Assembly: GCF_001272835.1 (NCBI RefSeq)
Contig: NZ_CP010546.1
Span: 602,809-634,808 of the forward strand
Source: Mycoplasmoides pneumoniae FH
Lineage (GTDB): Bacteria > Bacillota_I > Bacilli_A > Mycoplasmatales > Mycoplasmoidaceae
Direction of reading: 5' to 3'
DNA: 32,000 bases
Shown here: in pieces, positions 1 to 9,456 of the stretch
How positions within the stretch are numbered: the first letter of the stretch is position 1
Layout of the letters: each line of letters begins with the position of its first letter
Notes under the pieces: generated by a model
The model's database searches: none
The model's input: only the letters and a program-made list of their open reading frames with translations
Told to the model about the DNA's origin: nothing
Program-made: the position numbers and the translations under genes

Positions 1-122
1 GGCTTCACCGCTTTTTAAAACAAGACCAATTGCAACTTGTTCCTTTGTTTAGTCCAAACTTTTTGCAAGTTTTGTTGGCGCTTCTCAATAAACTGGTCAA
101 TTTATTTAGTGAAAACACAACA

Positions 123-230
123 ATGAAAACAAATAAAAAATACGCCTTTGCGGCGTTGCTAATGCAAGCTCAAGCTAAGCTCCCAAATTCATTTAAATTC
201 TTTCTTTCAAAGAAAGGAGGTATGGCTTAA
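123..230 (+). CDS. Putative 35-aa leader ORF MKTNKKYAFAALLMQAQAKLPNSFKFFLSKKGGMA, overlapping the DUF16 start as TAATG
   Basis: Its last codons encode ...KKGGMA* from AAAGAAAGGAGGTATGGCTTAATG, so the SD of the next gene lies inside its 3' end; the architecture recurs at 4719-4823 and 6314-6430. Confidence 0.4.
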   Translation: MKTNKKYAFAALLMQAQAKLPNSFKFFLSKKGGMA

Positions 231-841
231 TGAAAGAGAAAATTCCGTTTTATAACGAAAAAGAATTCCATGACATGGTGAAAAAGACCAAAAAGGGCAC
301 TTTTTCAGGTTGATATATCATTGACAAAGATAACAACAGTGTGGAATTCTCTGGCAAATTCAACAGACAATTTAAACTTAACAAACCGGTTATACCAGTG
401 AACACGGAATACGTAACGCGTAAAGAGTTTAACGAGTACAAAAACTCAAACGACCAACGACTTACAAAGATTGAAACCACTTTGGCCGCCCAAGGTGAAC
501 AAATCAACAAATTGACTCAAACTGTTGAAAAACAAGGCGAGCAAATCAATCAATTAGTTCAAGTTGTGCTTCTTCACGGTGAACAAATCAACAAATTAAC
601 TCAAACTGTTGAAAAACAGGGCGAGCAAATTAAAGAACTTCAAATCGAGCAAAAAGCTCAGGGCGAAACCTTAAAGCTAATCTTGCAAACGCTGCAAAAG
701 ATGAGCGATCGCTTGGACAAGATGGAAGTAAAAATGGACAAAATGGAAGTAAAAATGGACAAAATGGAAGTAAAAATGGACAAAATGGAAGTAAAAATGG
801 ACAAAATGGAAAAAAGAATAGACAAACTTGAGTCCAAATAA
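230..841 (+). CDS. DUF16/UPF0134 family protein (RepMP1-associated), coiled-coil
   Basis: AGGAGG SD then ATG at 230; one internal TGA(Trp) (GTFSG-W-YIIDKD), in frame with track ORF 341..841; heptad-rich [18 protein letters not shown] and [12 protein letters not shown]...KLESK typical of the family. Confidence 0.85.
490..636 (+). repeat. Two imperfect copies, ~90 nt apart, of GGTGAACAAATCAACAAATTRACTCAAACTGTTGAAAAACARGGCGAGCAAAT
   Basis: Directly visible at ~490-546 and ~580-636; encodes [18 protein letters not shown] twice. Confidence 0.75.
722..805 (+). repeat. Four perfect tandem copies of the 21-mer ATGGAAGTAAAAATGGACAAA (MEVKMDK heptad)
   Basis: Unit starts at 722, 743, 764, 785; a diverged partial unit ATGGAAAAAAGAATAG follows at 806. 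Confidence 0.9.
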
Positions 842-856
842 CCAATGCTCAGAAAT

Positions 857-906
857 AAAAATACCAACAGTGAAACCTAAAGATGCGGCGCTGTTGGTAT
901 TTTTTT
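857..906 (+). terminator. Probable intrinsic terminator after the DUF16 gene
   Basis: AAAATACCAACAG (~857-870) / CTGTTGGTATTTTTTT (891-906): perfect arms plus T tract. Confidence 0.75.
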
Positions 907-920
907 CAATTCACATAAAT

Positions 921-963
921 AAAAAAGCCATCTGCCCAAGGTGAAAAAAACAGACGGCTTTTT
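921..963 (+). terminator. Second terminator-like hairpin
   Basis: AAAAAAGCCATCTG (921-934) / CAGACGGCTTTTT (951-963), one G-T wobble. Confidence 0.55.
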
Positions 964-1126
964 GGCGATTTTGAAATTAACAGCAAGTTGTAACTTTTAG
1001 TGATTTGAATGAAAGGAATATATGACCTTTATTCTTTTAAAAAAAGAGATACATCAATTGTGCTGAAAGCCATTGCGTTAACATAAATAAATTAAGACAT
1101 AAAAAATAAACACATTAATCAAATAA

Positions 1127-1200
1127 GTGTGGGAACAGAAAATTAGGCTTTCAACACAAAATTTTCGTTTTCCTGCCCCCACTAAATAAATTGAGTTGGG
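1127..1200 (+). repeat. Imperfect hairpin (GTGTGGGAACAG...CTGCCCCCAC) plus motif ACTAAATAAATTGAG, left copy
   Basis: Same layout as 4496-4560 on the far side of the P1-like cassette. Confidence 0.55.
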
Positions 1201-1225
1201 TTTTAAAAAGCGTCAAAAATTTTAA

Positions 1226-2554
1226 TTTAGTTTTTGCTACTTTCCCCTCCCCCTCACGGGTGAAAACCCCGGCGCTTGGGCCTTAGTGCGCGATAACATT
1301 GCCAAGGGCATCACTGCCGGTAGTAACACCCAACAAACCACGTATGATCCCACCCGAACCGAGGCCACCTTGACCACCGCCACCACCTTTGCGTTACGCC
1401 GGTATGACCTCGCCGGGCGCGCCTTATACGACCTCGATTTTTCGAAGTTAAACCCACAAACGCCCACGCGCGACCAAACCGGGCAGATCACCTTTAACCC
1501 CTTTGGCGGCTTTGGGCTGAGTGGGGCTGCACCCCAACAGTGAAACGAGGTCAAGGATAAGGTCCCCGTCGAGGTGGCCCAAGACCCCTCCAATCCTTAT
1601 CGGTTTGCCGTTTTACTCGTGCCGCGCAGCGTGGTGTACTATGAGCAGTTGCAGCGGGGGTTAGCGCTCCCTAACCAAGGGAGTTCGTCAGGCTCCGGTC
1701 AACAAAACACCACCATTGGCGCGTATGGGCTGAAGGTGAAAAACGCCGAGGCGGACACCGCGAAGAGCAATGAAAAACTCCAGGGCTATGAATCCAAGTC
1801 TTCCAATGGATCTTCAAGCACTTCCACCACCCAACGTGGGGGTTCGTCAAATGAAAACAAAGTCAAGGCGTTGCAGGTGGCGGTGAAAAAGAAATCCGGG
1901 AGTCAGGGCAACTCCGGTGACCAAGGCACCGAACAGGTGGAACTTGAATCTAATGATTTAGCCAACGCCCCGATTAAACGGGGCTCCAATAACAACCAGC
2001 AAGTCCAACTCAAGGCGGACGATTTTGGTACTGCCCCTTCCAGTTCGGGATCAGGCACCCAAGATGGCACCCCCACCCCCTGAACGCCGTGGTTAACGAC
2101 TGAGCAAATTCACAACGACCCCGCCAAATTCGCCGCCTCGATCCTCATTCTGTACGATGCGCCTTATGCACGCAACCGTACCGCCATTGACCGCGTTGAT
2201 CACTTGGATCCCAAGGTGATGACCGCGAACTATCCGCCCAGTTGAAGAACGCCCAAGTGAAACCACCACGGTTTGTGGGACTGAAAGGCGCGCGATGTTT
2301 TGCTCCAAACCACCGGGTTCTTCAACCCGCGCCGCCACCCCGAGTGGTTTGATGGCGGGCAGACGGTCGCGGATAACGAAAAGACCGGGTTTGATGTGGA
2401 TAACTCCGAAAACACCAAGCAGGGCTTTCAAAAGGAAGCTGACTCCGACAAGTCGGCCCCGATCGCCCTCCCGTTTGAAGCGTACTTCGCCAACATTGGC
2501 AACCTCACCTGGTTCGAGCAAGCGCTTTTGGTGTTTGGGATTTGTTTGTCTTAA
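1226..2554 (+). pseudogene. P1 cytadhesin-like RepMP4 copy (silent, no evident start)
   Basis: Single frame, stop-free when TGA=Trp: [12 protein letters not shown]..., [121 protein letters not shown]; matches recalled P1 (MPN141) N-terminal region; marked rise in GC. Confidence 0.88.
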
Positions 2555-2596
2555 TTAACTAACAAAATTAATAAATAGGTCTATAGGTTATATTAG

Positions 2597-4432
2597 TACA
2601 CCCCCTACACGCCCTTTACGACACCGCTCAATGGGGGGCTGGATGTAGTGAAGGCGGCCAATTTACACCCCTCATACGAACTCGTGGACTGAAAGCGGGT
2701 GGAGGATACCAAGTTGGTGGCGCTGGTCCGTTCAGCGTTGGTCAGGGTGAAGTTTCAAGATAGTTCGAGCCAACAAGGCACTGAGAGTAATGGCCAAGAC
2801 CAAAATGCCCTTAGTTTTGATACCACCAAGTCCCAACAAGCCTTACAGCAAGCTGGCGATCAATCAGGAACTTCATCTAATTCCACCCAAGAAGACTTCG
2901 CCAGCTACATCCTCATCTTTAAAGCCGCCCCGAAGGCCACGTGGGTGTTTGAACGGAAGATTAAGTTGGCGTTGCCCTACGTTAAGCAGGAAAGTCAGGG
3001 TTCCGACGATCAAGGTTCCAATGGTAAGGGCTCCCTCTACAAAACCCTCCAAGACCTCCTCGTCGAACAACCCGTGACCCCTTACACGCCCAATGCGGGG
3101 TTAGCCCGGGTGAATGGGGTTGCTCAGGACAAGGTGCATGGGTTGGAACAAACCACTCAATGAAACCAACAAGCCTCCCAAAAAAACCTCACCAACAACC
3201 CCGCCCCCAAGGCCGTCACCGGCTTTAAGCTCGACAAGGGCCGCGCGTACCGGAAGTTAAATGAAGCTTGACCGGTGTATGAACCCCTGGATTCGACGAA
3301 GGATGGCAAGGGGAAGGATAAAGATGGGTGAATCACTTCCGGGGCGAGTGAGGCCAAAGGAGATGCCCCGTTGGTGAGCTCAACCGAGAGTCAAATGGCT
3401 GCAGTCACAGACAGTCAGCAATCAGGTCATAACAGTGGATTGGTATCGCTTGCCCAGCGCTCCACTACTGTTGCTGTCCAAAAAAGTGACTCTTCTGGTT
3501 CTCAAGGCCAAGGCACAACCGACAACAAATTCCAAAAATATTTAAACACCGCCCAGGCCTTGCACCAGATGGGGGTGATAGTGCCATCTTTGGAAACGTG
3601 ACCTGGTAAACCAAGTACTGGAATCGCTACCCGTGCTGGTGGTGGTGTTTCAGTCCAAGCAGCGACCCGGCAATCGTCTTCTACAAATGAAGATCTGCCG
3701 AATGTAATAACACAGTTATACCACACCTCCACGTCCCAACTCGCTTACTTAAATGGCCAGATCGTTGTGATGGGTTCAAACGCGGTACCGAGTTTGTGGT
3801 ATTGGGTCGTGGATGAGCGAACCACGTCCGGGAGGGCGACTTGATGAGCCCACACCGAGTTGAACTGGGGCACCGACAAGCAGAAGCAGTTTGTGGAGAA
3901 TCAGCTTGGTTTTAAAGATGACTCAAATTCTTCCTTGACAAACTTCAAGAGTCAAGGCTTAACTCAGCCAGCTTACCTCATCGCCGGCCTTGACGTTGTC
4001 CAAGACCACCTCGTCTTTGCGGCCTTCAAAGCGGGCGCGGTGGGGTATGATATGACGACTGATTCGAACGCTTCCACCAAAGACCAAGCGCTCGCCTGGT
4101 CGACCACGGCCGGGTTGGACAGTGCTGGGGGGTACAACAACCTGGTGGAAAACACGGCCGGACTGAACGGCCCGATTAACGACTTGTTTACCCTGCTCGA
4201 CACCTTTGCTTATGTGACCCCGGTGAGTGGGATGAAAGGGGGGAGTCAGAATAACGAAGAAGTGCAAACCAAGTATCCCGTTAAGGATGATAGTAAGGCG
4301 AGTGCAAAGATTGCCTCCTTAATTAATGCTTCGCCCTTAAACAGTTATGGGGATGATGGCGATAAAAAAGCCATCTACCCAGAGGTAAGAGGCAGACAGC
4401 TCCAAAATATTTTTTGATGATTGGAAAACTAA
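2597..4432 (+). pseudogene. P1 cytadhesin-like RepMP2/3 copy (silent, no evident start)
   Basis: Single frame, stop-free with TGA=Trp to TAA at 4430-4432: NGGLDVVKAANLHPSYELVDWK, IFKAAPKATWVFERKIKLALPYVKQESQG, ALHQMGVIVPSLETW, ITQLYHTSTSQLAYLNGQIVVMG, LNWGTDKQKQFVENQLGFKDDSN, FTLLDTFAYVTPVSGMKGGSQNNEEVQT. Confidence 0.88.
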
Positions 4433-4495
4433 CGCAAGGTGTTAGTTTGATGTAGAGGCAAAACTATGAATTTACTAAATTTTATTTAAATCAGC

Positions 4496-4560
4496 GGGAG
4501 CAGGCTCGTTTTTTCAACACAAGTCACTCTGTCTGCTCCCACTAAATAAATTGAGACAGA
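4496..4560 (+). repeat. Perfect 8-bp hairpin GGGAGCAG/CTGCTCCC plus ACTAAATAAATTGAG motif, right copy
   Basis: GGGAGCAG 4496-4503, CTGCTCCC 4533-4540, ACTAAATAAATTGAG 4541-4555. Confidence 0.65.
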
Positions 4561-4718
4561 TGTTCAAAGTCGCCAAAGAGTTTGAATATTTTTGCAATTT
4601 GGGTTTGTAATCCCTTCTAACTATTAATAGGAACTTTTACTTTCAAAAAAGTTTTGAAGTTATTTTGGTGTCTTTACTAACTTTAAGTAATTTAGTTAGT
4701 GTAAGCACAAAAACCGTT

Positions 4719-4823
4719 ATGTGTAATGTTTTTATTAATTTAGCAAAACAGCTGAACTTAGTTGGCAGCACTACTGCAAGTTGTAGTTTTCCCAACCTCT
4801 TTCAGAAAGGAGGTATTGCTTAA
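4719..4823 (+). CDS. Putative 34-aa leader [37 protein letters not shown], overlapping the DUF16 start as TAATG
   Basis: Ends TTTCAGAAAGGAGGTATTGCTTAATG; parallel to 123-230. Confidence 0.35.
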
Positions 4824-5203
4824 TGAAAGAGAAAATTTCCGAAAAGGAATACAAAGCTTTAATCCGTAAAACTGGCAAAGAGCACTTTGATGGTGAAAAA
4901 GAAGAGTATGGTGATGGCACAGTTGGAGTTTGAACTTATGAATTGCGAAAATATAAACTTAAACCACCTGTGAAAGTTAAATACGTAACCCAAGAACAAT
5001 TTCAGGAATATAAAGATTCCAACAATCAGCGACTCATAAAGATTGAAAATAAGGTTGATAAATTAGTTGAAATTGTTCAAATTCACGGCGAACAAATTAA
5101 AGCACAGGGAGAAACCCTGCAATTAATTTTGCAAACGCTGCAAAAGATGAGTGATCGCTTGGACAAGATGGAAAAAAGAATAGACAAACTTGAGTCCAAA
5201 TAA
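4823..5203 (+). CDS. DUF16/UPF0134 family protein, short copy (126 aa)
   Basis: AAAGGAGG SD, ATG at 4823, one TGA(Trp) at 4931-4933, then track ORF 4943..5203; C-terminus [29 protein letters not shown] nearly identical to copy 1 but without MEVKMDK units. Confidence 0.85.
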
Positions 5204-5270
5204 CTAAAGCCCAGAAATAAAAAGTCATCTTATCAAGGCGAAAGACGGACATCTAATGAATTGAAATCAA

Positions 5271-6032
5271 TTACTTAATTAAATATTCCAAGTAAATAAA
5301 GAGATTAATATCTCTTGAGTAGCCGCTGGTATTATTAGCATAGCTACTCAAAAATTGTTTCACACTTTTTTGACTAACATCATCTTTGCCTTTTATTAAT
5401 CAGCTAAGTGAAGCGCTAAACTCAATTCACTCTAAATTTCTTGTAATTTCTTTTCCATTAACTTTATTTTTTTCTTCTTTAGTAAGAAATTTTTCTGTAG
5501 TAAATTGTTTTTTTGGATCAGAATTAGATTTAATTTTAAGGAAAAGATCAAAATAATGCTTGTCACCTTTCTTAGCAGTGAAACCACCTGAAGAATAATC
5601 TCCAAACCAATTAAAGTTATAGCTCAACTTAGCTTCAATTGACAAACCCTTAAAACTTTGGTATGTCATTTGAAAATGATCAACCTTTCGCTCAAACTTA
5701 AAAGGTTCACTGGTTTTGGGATAAATTACATCTTCAAAATCAAGATCCGGAATACCTAATTCGCCCTTTTCAAAACTCTGTTTTCAGGCGTCTAACAACA
5801 ATTTTGTTGTATCTTTCGGATTAACTTCGTAAGATTTCTTTAAAGAAGTTATTATGTTCTTTTTTCCTTCTGTAGTTTTAATTGCCTTGTAAACATCAAT
5901 GTCTTTTTTGGTGGTTTCCTTGATAAGATTTCTGAGATCTGCTTGGATGCCAGTATAGGCGCTTAAAACTGTTCCACATAATAAAAATAGAGAACTAAAG
6001 GAAATCCTTGACAACAATCTCTTTTTGCGCAT
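5271..6032 (-). CDS. Exported protein, probable short/divergent member of the MG032/MG096/MG288-like family
   Basis: [28 protein letters not shown] signal-like N-terminus; TGA=Trp joins track ORFs 5784..6035 and 5427..5669, ending in TAA at 5271-5273; motif [22 protein letters not shown] resembles KVRYSFAIEMKFHTVYVGKN in the 10.5-18.9 kb paralogs. Confidence 0.7.
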
Positions 6033-6060
6033 CAACAGTAAAAATAACTCTTTAATTTTG

Positions 6061-6077
6061 TTTTTTTTTTTTTTTTT
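6061..6077. repeat. Homopolymer T17 (A17 on the minus strand)
   Basis: Direct count; 29 nt upstream of ATG 6032 of the minus-strand gene. Confidence 0.9.
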
Positions 6078-6313
6078 GGAAAAGCAACTTTAAAAACGGA
6101 AAGCTAATTGAAATTTCGGTTTGAACATTAATTAAAAAACTGAAATTTTCAATCATTTATTAACAACTATCACTGATAAACATCTCGATCTGAGTGGTTC
6201 TCATAATTGCCAATTGTTGGTATTTTTATTCATTTTCAAGCTGTATAAAACTTTTTTGCAATTTTGTTGGCACTTCCAAAAGCTCATTTCAATTTATTTA
6301 GTGGAGGAGCAAA

Positions 6314-6430
6314 ATGCAAATCTTTAATTTTTGAAATTGATCAGTAAAGAATCTGATCCCTGTTGGCAACCGAGTTGCAAGCGTTAGTTACTTTTTAAAA
6401 AATCAAAAGAAAGGAGGATTTGACCATTAA
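6314..6430 (+). CDS. Putative 38-aa leader ORF MQIFNFWNWSVKNLIPVGNRVASVSYFLKNQKKGGFDH
   Basis: Own GTGGAGGAGC SD before ATG; its 3' end holds AAAGGAGG for the next gene; two TGA(Trp) codons. Confidence 0.4.
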
Positions 6431-6674
6431 AAAAGTAAAGGTTACAGAGAAAGCTTCTGTTGAAAGAATGATAGAAGTATTAAGTGATTCTGAAATTTTG
6501 TCTTATTTATTAAGTAATAAGCACACTGCTGATGGAGTTAATGAAATTTATGTAACGATGAACATTAAAGACAAAGATTCAAACACTCAAAGGAAGCCAG
6601 ATAAAATGTCTTTAGAGCTTGAATTGTTTTTAAATCAGTTTATTGAATTCTTAAAAGAGCAGAGAAAAAGCTAG
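6420..6674 (+). CDS. Hypothetical 84-aa acidic/helical protein, TTG start
   Basis: Preceded by AAAGGAGG; track ORF 6420..6674; terminator follows. Confidence 0.6.
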   Translation: MTIKKVKVTEKASVERMIEVLSDSEILSYLLSNKHTADGVNEIYVTMNIKDKDSNTQRKPDKMSLELELFLNQFIEFLKEQRKS

Positions 6675-6680
6675 CAGCAT

Positions 6681-6720
6681 AAAAATACCAGCAGTTAATG
6701 CATAGCTGTTGGTATTTTTA
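6681..6720 (+). terminator. Intrinsic terminator with nearly the same arms as 857-906
   Basis: AAAAATACCAGCAG (6681-6694) / CTGTTGGTATTTTTA (6706-6720). Confidence 0.75.
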
Positions 6721-6955
6721 CTTAAGTTTTGACCATTTTGAATGGATAAAATTTCCTTGCAAATAGAAATTACAAACCAAAAACTATAACAAAATGAACT
6801 AAGCAATTTTCATCTTGGCTTTTTTCTTATTTAAAAGAGATTAAATTTTCATCTTAAAAGCTTTTATTTTTACCACACAGGATCTAATAAATTTCAAGAG
6901 TTAAAGAAGTACAAACTTTGTTAATATTTCTCCAAATTTCGGGTTTTTAGTGTTT

Positions 6956-9337
6956 ATGAAATTTAAGTATGGTGCCATCTTTTTTAGTGGCTTTCTAGGT
7001 CTTTCTGCCATTTTGGCTGCCTGTGGTACAAAGGGTAAATTTGATCAAGTTGATGATGGCAAGATTAAATTGGCTTCCTCTTTAACTTCTAAAAGTGCAT
7101 CAAAAGCCTTACAAGCAATTGTTAAAAAATATAACGAAGTTAAAAAACCTGGTGATTACCCTATTGAAATTACCCAAATCGCTGGTGGTTATGATGGCGG
7201 TCGTAGCGATTTACAAACCCGAGTCAACGTTAAAGACACCACTAACTTTTACAACTTAATCTTAAACTACCCTGATCTAGTTTCAACTTTAGGTCGTGTT
7301 GGTATGGAACTGCCGTTTGACAATGTAAAGGTTGACAAACTATCACCCCGTTTTTTAGATTTCAACAACCGCATTAGTGCAATTTCTAAACCAGGAATTT
7401 ACGGTATTCCGGTTTCTTTATCCACCGAAGTTTTATCGATCAACGGACCGGTGTTGCACTATATTTTGAACAACGCTAAAAAGAAAGAAGGTACTTTAAA
7501 CCAAAAAATGACAAGTTCTTCTGAAGGAAAAAACAGCAGTGGCACTTTAACAGTAGCAACTGATACTGAAACAAGTAGTTTATGGAAAAAGATAGAAGAT
7601 TCTGCAAAAGCTAACGGTAAAAGCGATGAAAAAGGAAAAGGTAAGAAGAAAGATAATAAAAGTGCAACTTTTTCGCTTGTACAACTAAAACAAACTCAAG
7701 AAAAAACAGATGATTCCCAAGACACTAAAAATAGTGATGATCAAGTTAAAAAATCTTGAGGCGAATACCAAGAAGTAGATGGTGTTCTTAAAAATTTTGA
7801 ATTTAAAGCGAGCATCTTCGAAAATTGACATGACTTACTTGATTTTTCTACTAGAGTAGCTAAATCTTTTAAGAAGATACACGAAAATAGCAACAAAAAA
7901 GGTAATGACATTCAGGGCATACTTGGAGTCGACAGTACGCCCAACTCATTGTTTACCTCTGTTTTTGCAGCTGGCGGCGGGGATTACAATAATTTCTTTT
8001 ACAAGATTGAAAATGGTCGCGCTGACTTTAGTAACTTTAAGAATAAAGGGACTTCTTACCAAAATCTTCAAAAAGTATTTGGTGATTTCAAAGGCTTAAT
8101 TGACAAAAATGGTATCTTTGTGAATAAGGGTGGATCTTACTCATCAAACTTCCAAAAGTTCCACCAATTAGCTTACAGCATTTCCTCTACTTCCGGTTTC
8201 TTCTATTCGTTTGCCGGTAAAAGTGCAAAGCGTTTAAATTTTGGTGATAGCTTTATTGAGTATCCGCGGTTTACTCAAGAAATTAAAGCACCATCAAAAA
8301 ATGGAGAAAATGGCCAAACAAATGAAGGAAATAGTACCAATGGCGAACAAAATCTCTTAGGAACTTTCGAAGTCAAGGATGACAGTAAGCCTAAAGAAGA
8401 AGTTAAAAGTAATAAAAATAGTGGTAAAGAAAGTAGCCAAAATCAGGGTAAAAAATCTAACAATAACAAGACTATTTACCTTTATGAAACAAAAATTCCA
8501 GATGGAAAAACTGCAGGTGATAATGCTATCTTAATCAAAGATAAGAACGTTATCGAAAAGCTTAAAAGTGCAGCTAAAGAAGAAAATAAAGAACAAACTG
8601 CTGAAGCAACTAAAGCTGCAATTACAAGTAATAAAGCAAAAAGCACTAAAAAAGAAAGCAGTAAAGTTATCGGTTACACCACAACTGATAGTGTTCGCGA
8701 AGATGGCAAAAACATTTTCGCAATAGATAGAGTTAATGGTGAAAACTATGACCGTAAGATTATTGTAGGTGCTAAAGCAGAAACTTTAAACCAATCTAGC
8801 ACCTTACAAAGTGAAGAAGCGATTGTTTTGCCTGCCCCTGGAAAGTATCTAAATGGTGATCCCAAGAAAGTGACAATTACCCAAGGACCTAACATCATTG
8901 GCATTCATGCTAACGAAAAGGAAAATGCAGAAACGCAAAAGTTCGTAGATTGATTCTTAAACAGTCCGCAAACTTGAGAAAAACAAAGTAGAGATAAGAA
9001 AGGATCAAGCGAAAAACAAACTGCTGCTGAGTTCTTTGCGGAATCCGCTTCTTACATTCTGCCCTTAAAAGAAATCTTTGACAAAAACGATACAAAAACA
9101 GAAAAAGGTAAGAACAGTAAAACGCAACAGAGAACTAATACCTATGCTGAAAAAGCTTTGGAACTCTTCAAACAAATTAGTCAAAATCAAATAGTAAGCT
9201 ACAGTGATCCAAGTGACTTTAGGAGTGGAAAATTCCGTGATGCAATTGGTGCTACTTTCAATGCTGCAGTTAGTTCCAAAGCAGACTTCAATAAATTCGT
9301 CCAAAACTTTACCGCTACATTAGGTAGTGACATTTAA
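6956..9337 (+). CDS. Lipoprotein, MG185/MG260-like family (793 aa)
   Basis: [23 protein letters not shown] lipobox; TGA=Trp joins track ORFs 6950..7759 and 7949..8953 and continues to TAA at 9335-9337 in the same frame; [24 protein letters not shown], Lys/Ser/Asn-rich linkers. Confidence 0.88.
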
Positions 9338-9456
9338 TTCAAAAGCAGTTTTTCAAAATTCTTGATTTACCTTTAAAAGTATCAGCAACACAATAAAATT
9401 AACTGTTTGCAAGAGCTCTTTTAAAGCCTTTTAAAAGAAATTAAACTTTTATTGTT

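Noticed and set aside
722-805. Tandem 21-mers considered as a CRISPR-like array
   Set aside because: No spacers; uniform in-frame coding heptads.
1237-1593. Minus-strand ORFs across the P1-like repeats (1237..1593, 2093..2521, 2873..3070, 3157..3357, 3502..3732, 3959..4267)
   Set aside because: Opposite the recognisable P1 reading frame; expected in GC-rich DNA.
2295-2558. Plus-strand ORF 2295..2558 (87 aa)
   Set aside because: Off-frame overlap of the P1-like frame represented by 2300..2554.
6108-6155. Imperfect inverted repeat TTGAAATTTCGGTTT...AAAACTGAAATTTTCAA
   Set aside because: AT-rich with mismatches and no T-tract of its own; may be a weak bidirectional terminator but not strong enough to list.
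7905-8099. Short ORFs 7905..8099 (+), 8910..9095 (-), 9065..9304 (-) within the lipoprotein gene
   Set aside because: Off-frame or antisense to a continuous lipoprotein frame.
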